A stretch of 64,000 bases of DNA from an uncultured Balneolaceae bacterium (lineage in GTDB: Bacteria > Bacteroidota > Rhodothermia > Balneolales > Balneolaceae), in the NCBI GenBank assembly GCA_964490705.1, contig CAZBCG010000011.1, forward strand, positions 8,834 to 72,833. The letters are read 5' to 3'. The notes beneath the pieces are model-generated. The model was not told where the DNA came from. It worked only from the letters and a program-made list of their open reading frames with translations, and did not search any database. The translations under genes and the position numbers were made by a program. How positions within the stretch are numbered: position 1 is the stretch's first letter; each line of letters begins with the position of its first letter. Below, one piece after another: positions 56,497 through 64,000 of this stretch.

Positions 56497-57279
56497 TTAT
56501 TTCCCGCCGTTGGCCTGCAGGTCTTCAATACAAAGTGGATCCAGGTCTGGAATATCGCCACTGAACGTATTTTCAAAGAAGTTGCCGGTTTCTACAGCTG
56601 GTAGCATCAGACATCCATCAACAGAGCAGTGAGATTCTCCGTTTTGATGATCTTCTTGTCCTGAGGGATGAGGGGACCCGTTTCCTGTTAATCCCATATT
56701 ATGACCAAACTCATGACGGAAAACAGTACCCTCAATTTTTTGTTCGGATGGAGCACCGATACCTGAACTTACTTCCTCAATTGTTTGACCAAAGAATGCT
56801 ACCGAGGTATTCCAGTAGGCGATACCCAGCACATTCGATTGTTCATACTCTCCATCCACCATCAAAAAGTAAACGTGAAGTGTATTATCGCCGGCCTCTG
56901 TGTAATTATCTCGATGTTCTTCTTCGATGGCTCGAATATTTTCGGCCGTATAACTGGATTGGCTTTCGGCCGATATTTCATTGGGCGTTCCCAGTGAGAT
57001 ATTTTGTTTATTAAGCCGCTGTTCTAAAAACAGGCGCAGGCTATCCAGCCCTTCTTGGGTGGGTTCATGGTTAGGCATGTAATCAATTTCGACTTGCAAG
57101 CTGGAATATTGATCGTCTTTGAGAAATAGTTCGGCAGAACTACCCGAAGCGGCTTGGCTGTTAAACTCAGGCTGGTTGTTGTCCGGACCTGTGGTTGTAT
57201 CGGAACAGCCGACAATAAGAAATGCCAGTGAACAGAAAGCAATCAAAAAAGAAAATCGGTTATCTAAATACATAGTCAA
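56497..57279 (-). CDS. Lipoprotein zinc metalloprotease (metzincin-like), paralog 2
   Basis: Lipobox IVG-C, 'HEFGHNMGL', 'HCSVDGCLM', ends 'DLQANGGK'. Confidence 0.85.
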   Translation of the reverse strand: MTMYLDNRFSFLIAFCSLAFLIVGCSDTTTGPDNNQPEFNSQAASGSSAELFLKDDQYSSLQVEIDYMPNHEPTQEGLDSLRLFLEQRLNKQNISLGTPNEISAESQSSYTAENIRAIEEEHRDNYTEAGDNTLHVYFLMVDGEYEQSNVLGIAYWNTSVAFFGQTIEEVSSGIGAPSEQKIEGTVFRHEFGHNMGLTGNGSPHPSGQEDHQNGESHCSVDGCLMLPAVETGNFFENTFSGDIPDLDPLCIEDLQANGGK

Positions 57280-57348
57280 TAATAATTGCAGTTATTAGTC
57301 GGGATGTTATCAAGTTGATAGTGTATTAAGAACTCTTTAAGCCAATAT

Positions 57349-58134
57349 TTATTTCCCGCCATTGGCTTGTAGATCTGCGATACAGTTTGCATCCAGCGGG
57401 GGTATTTCTTCTCCCAGCGTATTGCCAACGATATCAGTCGTTTCCATTGCATAATACATCAGGCACTGGTCATTGTCGCAATGGTCGGGATGGTCCGGAT
57501 CTTGATGGGGATCCTGCATTTCGGTGCCAGAACCTTCAATATTTACGAGCCCAAAGAGATGTCCGAATTCATGACGAAAAGAGGTGGCTTCAATCAGATA
57601 ACGCGACGGGGATCCTACACCACTGCTGGCTTCTTCGTAAGCGGGACCAAAGAATGCATTAGAAGTATTATAATAAGCAATACCCAGCAGGTTTTCTCCT
57701 TCGTATTTTGCATCCACAATCATCATGTATGCTGCCAGCGTATCGCCCTCGGTAAAAGTAGAACGTCGGTTTTGTTCAATTTCGCGAATTTCCTGAGCAC
57801 TGTATCGATCTTGTTCTCCCGAAGGAATGGAAGTCGGTTCTTTTATCGTGATGGAGGTCTTATTCAACCGCTGTTCAAAAAAGTCCTTCAGGCTGTCAAG
57901 AGCTTCTTCATTGGGCGCATAGCCGGGCATATAGTCAACTTCCACAATAAGGTTTGTAAAGTTTGAATCAGCCAGAAAATCATTGGCCGATGTGCCCGGA
58001 TCTCTTCCATGAGAATAGACCTCTTCATTGGGATTTTGATCCTGAGGTCCCGTGGAATCGAGACAAGATTGCAGTAAAAATGCTAATAAAACAACGCTAA
58101 ATATTGCTGGTAAATAGTAGCGAAATAATTTCAT
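57349..58134 (-). CDS. Lipoprotein zinc metalloprotease (metzincin-like), paralog 1
   Basis: Lipobox LQS-C, 'HEFGHLFGL', 'HCDNDQCLM', ends 'DLQANGGK'. Confidence 0.85.
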   Translation of the reverse strand: MKLFRYYLPAIFSVVLLAFLLQSCLDSTGPQDQNPNEEVYSHGRDPGTSANDFLADSNFTNLIVEVDYMPGYAPNEEALDSLKDFFEQRLNKTSITIKEPTSIPSGEQDRYSAQEIREIEQNRRSTFTEGDTLAAYMMIVDAKYEGENLLGIAYYNTSNAFFGPAYEEASSGVGSPSRYLIEATSFRHEFGHLFGLVNIEGSGTEMQDPHQDPDHPDHCDNDQCLMYYAMETTDIVGNTLGEEIPPLDANCIADLQANGGK

Positions 58135-58274
58135 GATCCGGTAATACCTTATTCACATTTCGTGAACGTGTGTTATAAACCAGATCAATAGTAAAAAGTT
58201 TCATGATATCCGTTTTCTTAATATGATTTAATCTGAGCGAATATTACTGCATATCTTGGAGGCAATAACTTCTG

Positions 58275-59579
58275 TCATTTTTCGATCCGCTCTTTGGGTG
58301 ACAGGGGTATTGGCGGGGGCGGCGGTGGATCTTGTGTGTGGATTTCCTTTTGGAGCTTATCGATCTCATTATGGAGGCTCATCGCCCGTTCATACAAGGT
58401 ATTGAGCCGTTGTTTGTTTTCCGGGATCGCGGAAATGTTGTTATAGGTTCGAATATGATCCTGATATGATTGTAAGACCGCTTCCAGTGCAGCCTTGGGA
58501 TCGTTTTTGGGTACCGGAGGCGGAGGGGGTGGATTCTTGGGTTTGTCAACCTGCATTAACTTTTGCTGCATCTGTTCAATCAGATGCTGCAGCTTTTGTT
58601 TTTCGTCGCCGGACAGTGATTTCGTTGTTTCCATTTTGGCATGGATGGCATCCATCAGTTCGGTAATGGAAAGGTCATCAACCTTCTGGGCCTGAGCATT
58701 GGCAGTACTGAACATGAACACCAAGCCCGCCAAAAGGGGAATGAGTGTGAACTGTTTGCATACCGTCCGGAGTCGAGTTGATTGTTTCGTTATCATAACG
58801 ATTCGCTTTTTGGTTATTGAGTATTGAATGCTGCTGGCAAGAGAAAGATTCATTGGTTGCGATTTCATTCTCAGTAATAATTGCTGGTAGCTGGCAATAT
58901 CTTGGGATTGTGCAGTTACAGCATTATCCGCCAAAAATTCGTGATTGAGTTGTATCGCTTTTTTGTAGAAATAGATGGCCGGATTAAACCAGAGCACAAT
59001 TTTCAACAGTTCGATAAAGAGAATGTCCAGAGAATGTTTTTGCCGGACGTGTGCCAGCTCGTGAGAAAGAATTCTGCTATCAATATTCCCCGATTTAAAC
59101 TCTTGCTTATCCACAAAGATATAGCTGAAAAAACTGTGAGGGATGGAGCAGTTTTCAACCAGAACAAGATTGGCACCCTCCCACTCACGTTGATCATTTT
59201 GGCGGATGGTGGAGTACAACGAATACAGGTTCCGCAAAAACCTGGCTGCAAAAGCTAATGTAACAACCAAATATCCGGATAACAGTAGCCAGTAGTGATT
59301 ACCGGATGAGCTGGTTGTATTTTTTGTCGCTGATACCGCTGGGCTGTCGAAAGAAGTGGTCCGCTGTTGGATTTCCTGCAGATAGCTTGATAGCTGAAAA
59401 TCCGAAACAGTGGGTGTACCGATTTGGAAAGTCAGCAGGGGAATGGTGAGTCCAAAGACCAGGCTGAAAAGCAGAAAAAAGCGGTTAAAGCGGTGCATTT
59501 TCTCCCGCTCCAGCAACAGGTGATAAACCAGCAGGAGTATCACCATACAAGCAAGCGATTTAAGCAGATAGCTAATCAT
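58275..59579 (-). CDS. BlaR1/MecR1-like M56 membrane metallopeptidase
   Basis: 'FNRFFLL', 'HELAHVRQKHSLD', 'WFNP', 'HEFLAD', 'KKRIVM'; Pro-rich C-terminal region. Confidence 0.93.
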   Translation of the reverse strand: MISYLLKSLACMVILLLVYHLLLEREKMHRFNRFFLLFSLVFGLTIPLLTFQIGTPTVSDFQLSSYLQEIQQRTTSFDSPAVSATKNTTSSSGNHYWLLLSGYLVVTLAFAARFLRNLYSLYSTIRQNDQREWEGANLVLVENCSIPHSFFSYIFVDKQEFKSGNIDSRILSHELAHVRQKHSLDILFIELLKIVLWFNPAIYFYKKAIQLNHEFLADNAVTAQSQDIASYQQLLLRMKSQPMNLSLASSIQYSITKKRIVMITKQSTRLRTVCKQFTLIPLLAGLVFMFSTANAQAQKVDDLSITELMDAIHAKMETTKSLSGDEKQKLQHLIEQMQQKLMQVDKPKNPPPPPPVPKNDPKAALEAVLQSYQDHIRTYNNISAIPENKQRLNTLYERAMSLHNEIDKLQKEIHTQDPPPPPPIPLSPKERIEK

Positions 59580-59943
59580 CCTTTTTGTCGATTTCGTTGT
59601 CGATAATTTCTTTCAGCTCTTCGAGCTCCGACCGCGACAAGTCAGTCTCCGAGGCAAAGAAGGAGGCGAACTGAGCTGTCGAATCATCAAAAAAGTTGCT
59701 GATGAGTTCGCTGAATTTATCACCAAAATATTCCGACTTGGGTACTGCCGGATAATACTCCCGGGATCGGCCCCGCTTGTTGTAATCCACATAGCCCTTG
59801 TCAATCATCCGCTTAAGCAGAGTAGCGACGGTGGTTTTGGCGGGTTTGGGATCTGGATACATATCTACCAGATCACCCAGAAAGCCGTTTTCGAGTTCCC
59901 AGAGATGCTGCATCAATTGTTCTTCGGAATCTGAAAGCTTCAT
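59572..59943 (-). CDS. BlaI/MecI/CopY family repressor
   Basis: 'LSDSEEQLMQHLW', 'TTVATLLKRMIDKGYV', 'GRSREYYP', 'ELEELKEII'; start placed at MKLSD. Confidence 0.95.
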   Translation of the reverse strand: MKLSDSEEQLMQHLWELENGFLGDLVDMYPDPKPAKTTVATLLKRMIDKGYVDYNKRGRSREYYPAVPKSEYFGDKFSELISNFFDDSTAQFASFFASETDLSRSELEELKEIIDNEIDKKDD

Positions 59944-59946
59944 ATA

Positions 59947-59983
59947 TTCTATATTTGTAGAACTATTTTCTACAATTGTAGAA
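59947..59983. promoter_or_regulatory. Two tandem BlaI/CopY-type operator palindromes
   Basis: TTCTATATTTGTAGAA (59947-62) and perfect TTCTACAATTGTAGAA (59968-83); core TACAnnTGTA. Confidence 0.85.
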
Positions 59984-60003
59984 TAAAAATTACAGAGTGT
60001 CAA
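59975..60003 (-). promoter_or_regulatory. Sigma-70 promoter of the blaI-blaR-like operon
   Basis: Minus strand TTGACA-N17-TACAAT; the -10 lies inside the operator. Confidence 0.8.
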
Positions 60004-60186
60004 ATATTTATTGAAGTGATTTTGTCAAGGTTCGTGTTCAAATAGCCGGAGTACTTATAACTCTCTGTTAAAAACACTATATTAACGTCCATTTTTTGAT
60101 GGATATAATTTCCTGTTCTCAGGCGGTTGGTTATGGCAGGAGACGAACACAATGTGTAACTATTAATTTATTACTGATAGAGTATC

Positions 60187-61593
60187 ATGGCTAAAGAATT
60201 TGATGTCTGCGTAATTGGATCCGGCCCCGGTGGATATGTGGCTGCGATTCGTGCATCACAACTCGGTTTTAACACGGCAATTATTGAAAAGCGTCACCTT
60301 GGCGGCGTCTGCTTGAACATTGGATGTATCCCCACAAAAGCACTGCTGCGTTCGGCGGAAGTGTTTGAAAGTATTGAACATGCCGGGGATTACGGCGTAA
60401 ATGTGGATGATTATTCTGCGGATTTTGAAGGAATGATCGGTCGAAGCCGCAATGTGGCCAACAAAATGAGCAAGGGCGTGCAGTTTTTGATGAAGGCCAA
60501 TAAAATTGAGGTCTTCGATGGCAAGGGTGTATTTGCATCTAAGGACCAGGTGAATGTATTGAATGATGACGACGAGGTTCAGGATGAGATTAAGGCCGAT
60601 AACTTTATTATTGCTACCGGCGCCCATCCGCGTGAGCTGCCTAATATTCCCATCGACGGTGAAATGGTGATTGATTCTGAACGTGCTATGCAGCTCGAAG
60701 AGCAGCCCGAAAAAATGGTTGTCATTGGTGCCGGAGCAATCGGCGTTGAATTTGCCTATTTCTACAATACCATCGGTACCGATGTGACGATCGTGGAACT
60801 TCAGGATTCACTGGTACCTGTCGAGGATAAGGATATCGGCAAAGAGCTCGGCAAGATTTATAAGAAAAAAGGCATGGATATCCGCACCGGCAGTACTGTG
60901 GAGAAAGTTGAAAAAGACGGCGATGGTGTGAAGGTTACGATAAAATCCGGCGACGATGAGGAAGTTGTTGATGCCGATGTGGTACTTTCGGCCGTTGGTG
61001 TGGCTGGAAATGTCGAAGGCATTGGTCTTGATGACATCGGTGTTGAGTACGAAAAAGGCGCTATCCAGGTTGACAAGGAAACCTATCAGACCAATGTTGA
61101 AGGCATTTATGCGATTGGTGATGTAGCCGGTGGGCCCTGGCTGGCACACAAGGCATCGCACGAAGGCATTGTCTGTGTAGAAAATCTGGCCGGTGAAGAT
61201 CCGCAGCTGATCAACTACAATAATATTCCGGGCTGTACGTATTGCGAGCCGCAAATTGCATCCGTTGGATATACTGAGCAGCAGGCCAAGGATGAAGGTT
61301 ATGATGTGAAGGTTGGCAGGTTTCCGTTTTCTGCAAGTGGTAAGGCATCGGGACTTGGTCACGAAGAAGGCTTCGTGAAGGTGGTCTTTGATGAAAAATA
61401 CGGCGAATGGCTGGGTTGCCACATGATTGGTTCTCACGTTACCGAACTGATTGCAGAAGCAGTAGTAGCCCGTGATCTCGAAACAACGGGTCACGAAATT
61501 ATTAGTGCCGTGCATCCGCATCCAACGATGTCTGAAGCCGTAATGGAAGCCGTCGCAGAAGCGTACGGCGAAGGCGTGCATCTGGGATCATAA
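60187..61593 (+). CDS. lpdA: Dihydrolipoyl dehydrogenase
   Basis: 'GSGPGG', 'GGVCLNIGCIPTK', 'GAGAIG', 'HPHPTMSE'. Confidence 0.98.
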   Translation: MAKEFDVCVIGSGPGGYVAAIRASQLGFNTAIIEKRHLGGVCLNIGCIPTKALLRSAEVFESIEHAGDYGVNVDDYSADFEGMIGRSRNVANKMSKGVQFLMKANKIEVFDGKGVFASKDQVNVLNDDDEVQDEIKADNFIIATGAHPRELPNIPIDGEMVIDSERAMQLEEQPEKMVVIGAGAIGVEFAYFYNTIGTDVTIVELQDSLVPVEDKDIGKELGKIYKKKGMDIRTGSTVEKVEKDGDGVKVTIKSGDDEEVVDADVVLSAVGVAGNVEGIGLDDIGVEYEKGAIQVDKETYQTNVEGIYAIGDVAGGPWLAHKASHEGIVCVENLAGEDPQLINYNNIPGCTYCEPQIASVGYTEQQAKDEGYDVKVGRFPFSASGKASGLGHEEGFVKVVFDEKYGEWLGCHMIGSHVTELIAEAVVARDLETTGHEIISAVHPHPTMSEAVMEAVAEAYGEGVHLGS

Positions 61594-61614
61594 GTTTTAA
61601 TTTAAAAGACGTTC

Positions 61615-61683
61615 AAACCCGCAGGGTTTTTCAAATAGCAGTAAATCTATAATTTTTTGTCTGCTGTGAAACCCTGCGGGTTT
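61615..61683. repeat. REP-like inverted doublet
   Basis: AAACCCGCAGGGTTT (61615-29) and its exact reverse complement AAACCCTGCGGGTTT (61669-83). Confidence 0.85.
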
Positions 61684-61732
61684 TATTTTGATTGTATTTG
61701 GTACCGAATAGCTTTTGTAACTTATCCGCGTT

Positions 61733-62497
61733 ATGAATAAGGTAGAATTATACGATCTCGGTCACGCACCCTACCGACCGGTATGGGATCTGCAGACCGC
61801 TATTCAGCAGCGCCTGGTGGATGAAAAGCTGGCCCGCCGCAAAGAGCAGAAGCTCTACAAGCCCGGGGAAGAAAGTAATGACGTGCTGCTGTTTGTGGAG
61901 CATCCCCACGTTTATACGCTGGGCAAAAGTGGCGACAAAGCCAATATGCTCAAAGGCATGGCAGAATTATCTGATATCGACGCCGAATTCATCGAAATAG
62001 ACCGCGGCGGCGATATTACCTATCACGGTCCGGGACAAATTGTGGGCTATCCAATCTTCGATATGGATCGTCACTTTACCGACATCCACAAGTACTTGCG
62101 CTACCTCGAAGAAGTCATCATAAAAACATGTGCCGAGTACGAGATCGAAGCGGGTCGAATCGAAGGATTAACCGGCGTTTGGGTTGGGGACAAAAAGATT
62201 TGTGCCATGGGCATTCGGTGTTCCCGCTGGGTGACCATGCATGGATTTGCACTCAATGTGAATACCGATTTGAGCTATTTTAACCACATCGTGCCGTGCG
62301 GAATTTCGAATAAAGAAGTGACCAGCCTGCAAGATTTGCTGGGTCACAAAATTGACGAAGCTGAAGTTAAAGCACATTTGGTAAATCACTTCGAAGAAGT
62401 GTTCGATATATCCATATCAAAGGTTGATTCACTGCCTGAACTGGACAATCAATTTTCGTATCTTACCCAATCAGATACACAAGCAGCACCCCATTAA
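61733..62497 (+). CDS. lipB: Lipoyl(octanoyl) transferase
   Basis: 'EHPHVYTLG', 'RGGDITYHGPGQ', 'KICAMG', 'HGFALN', 'IVPCG'. Confidence 0.97.
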   Translation: MNKVELYDLGHAPYRPVWDLQTAIQQRLVDEKLARRKEQKLYKPGEESNDVLLFVEHPHVYTLGKSGDKANMLKGMAELSDIDAEFIEIDRGGDITYHGPGQIVGYPIFDMDRHFTDIHKYLRYLEEVIIKTCAEYEIEAGRIEGLTGVWVGDKKICAMGIRCSRWVTMHGFALNVNTDLSYFNHIVPCGISNKEVTSLQDLLGHKIDEAEVKAHLVNHFEEVFDISISKVDSLPELDNQFSYLTQSDTQAAPH

Positions 62498-62516
62498 CTT
62501 TTTGATTTTTTGAGTT

Positions 62517-63395
62517 ATGATTAAAGAACTGAACGTTGTTGACCGAAACGAAACCACCCAGCGCCGCCCCGACTGGCTGCGCGTAAAGCTACCATCCGGC
62601 GAAAAATTTAAGGAAGTGTCGGAGACTGTTCAGAAGAATTCGCTGAACACCGTGTGTTCCGAAGCCCGATGCCCTAATATGGGTGAATGCTGGGGACGCG
62701 GTACGGCAACGTTTATGATTCTAGGAGATGTCTGTACACGCTCTTGCTCATTTTGTGCAGTCAAAACCGGTCGCCCCGTGCAGGGACTTGATTGGGATGA
62801 GCCCCGCCGCGTTACCGAAGCTGCCAAAGAGATGGGGCTCAAGCACGTAGTGTTAACTTCCGTCAATCGTGATGAACGTGATGACGGCGGTGCTCCTATT
62901 TTTGCCGAAACACACCGGCAGCTTCGAGAAGCTATTGACGGTGTGACGATCGAGTCGCTTATTCCCGATTTTCGCGGAGAATGGGAAGCCCTGCAAATTG
63001 TGATTGATACTCCGCCCGATGTATTGAGTCACAACCTGGAAACAGTGCCCGATCTCTACAGAACTATTCGTCCGCAAGCCAAGTACGAGCGATCACTGGA
63101 ACTCTTGCAGCGCGTGAAAGATCAAGGCATTAAATCCAAAACCGGAATTATGGTTGGGTTTGGCGAAACACGCGAACAGGTTATTGAACTGATGCAGGAT
63201 TGTGTCGATCACGATGTGGATGTATTGACCATCGGCCAGTATATGCAGCCTACTAAAATGCACCAGCCGGTCGAAGAGTGGGTGCACCCCGATCAGTTTG
63301 CCGAATACAAAGAAATTGGCGAAGAGCTGGGCCTGGAGCACGTAGAGAGCGGTCCGCTGGTTCGCTCTTCCTATCATGCCGAAGAGCACGTGTAG
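62517..63395 (+). CDS. lipA: Lipoyl synthase
   Basis: 'CSEARCPNMGEC', radical SAM 'CTRSCSFC', 'HNLETV', 'RSSYHA'. Confidence 0.98.
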   Translation: MIKELNVVDRNETTQRRPDWLRVKLPSGEKFKEVSETVQKNSLNTVCSEARCPNMGECWGRGTATFMILGDVCTRSCSFCAVKTGRPVQGLDWDEPRRVTEAAKEMGLKHVVLTSVNRDERDDGGAPIFAETHRQLREAIDGVTIESLIPDFRGEWEALQIVIDTPPDVLSHNLETVPDLYRTIRPQAKYERSLELLQRVKDQGIKSKTGIMVGFGETREQVIELMQDCVDHDVDVLTIGQYMQPTKMHQPVEEWVHPDQFAEYKEIGEELGLEHVESGPLVRSSYHAEEHV

Positions 63396-63490
63396 AAACG
63401 CTTTAGAGATTCCATCAAAAATAATCATCGAGATTTTGCTCTGATCTTTTATATTTCAGGTGATCAGCTTTTCTCAATTAATCAACACAT

Positions 63491-64000
63491 ATGCTAGCAC
63501 TTGGAGTCGTCTTATTATTAAGTTATCTGGTTGGATCAATCCCCTCGTCTATCTGGGTGGGGAAACTTGTAAAAGGGGTTGATATCCGCAATCACGGGAG
63601 CGGCAATGCCGGTGCTACAAATACGTTTCGCCTGCTGGGATGGCCATCCGGTGTGGCTGTATTGCTGATTGACTTTTTTAAAGGATTTGCCACCTCACTT
63701 TGGATTAGCCAGCTTGCTTATCACATAGGATCGGGCCCGGTAGCACTATTTGAATTTTGGAGCGTAGATCCATTTTTGAGCATCACTTGTGGCATGGCCG
63801 CTATTATCGGGCATATGTTTCCGCTTTATGCGAAGTTTGACGGTGGCAAAGGAATGGCCACCGCTGCCGGTATGTTGTGCGGAATCGAACCTGTTTCGGT
63901 AGGTATCGCCGCTGTTTTTTTTGCTGTTGTGATGTTTGCCAGCCGGTATGTTTCCCTGGCCTCACTGGTGGCTGCTTTTGTGTATCCGTTGGTTCTGGTG
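63491..64000 (+). CDS. plsY: Glycerol-3-phosphate acyltransferase (partial, runs off window end)
   Basis: Hand translation: MLALGVVLLLSYLVGSIP..DIRNHGSGNAGATN..DFFKG..GHMFP..GGKGMAT; absent from the ORF track because there is no stop in the window. Confidence 0.95.
   Translation, partial: MLALGVVLLLSYLVGSIPSSIWVGKLVKGVDIRNHGSGNAGATNTFRLLGWPSGVAVLLIDFFKGFATSLWISQLAYHIGSGPVALFEFWSVDPFLSITCGMAAIIGHMFPLYAKFDGGKGMATAAGMLCGIEPVSVGIAAVFFAVVMFASRYVSLASLVAAFVYPLVLV

Noticed and set aside
59944..60003. N-terminal extension of BlaI in the ORF track
   Set aside because: The TTG 'start' is the -35 box and the extension spans the operators
60808..61581. 257-aa ORF antisense to lpdA
   Set aside because: Shadow ORF with no motifs

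Overview
A gene-dense bacterial chromosomal segment. Gene content and acidic proteins suggest a halophilic Balneolota/Bacteroidota-related organism, which is inference only. Most of it is housekeeping and envelope genes: 3' end of aat, an ECF sigma/anti-sigma module, a TonB-dependent receptor, dxs, xseB, comEC, isoaspartyl peptidase, PNP, divIVA, yggS, Nif3-like, rnpB, lemA, smpB, arcA, prfC, lpdA-lipB-lipA and the 5' end of plsY. It also holds a sigma-54 two-component system divergent from a HlyD/MacB-type ABC exporter cluster, and a BlaI/BlaR1-like pair. The strongest candidate for an undescribed system is a family of eight intergenic elements, each made of two oppositely oriented arrays of degenerate 7- or 8-nt tandem repeats. 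Seven are empty hairpins. One encloses a complete four-helix-bundle (23S-IVS/Avd-like) gene inside the exporter operon. Other points: duplicated TGT-N10-ACA enhancer pairs at a fixed distance from sigma-54 promoter-like sites, tandem BlaI boxes over a clear sigma-70 promoter, a homopolymer frameshift, a cysteine-free 'zinc ribbon' protein, three tandem PspB-like paralogs and REP doublets. I saw no CRISPR array, tRNA, rRNA, transposase or integrase. All family assignments come from motif recognition by eye, not database searches.
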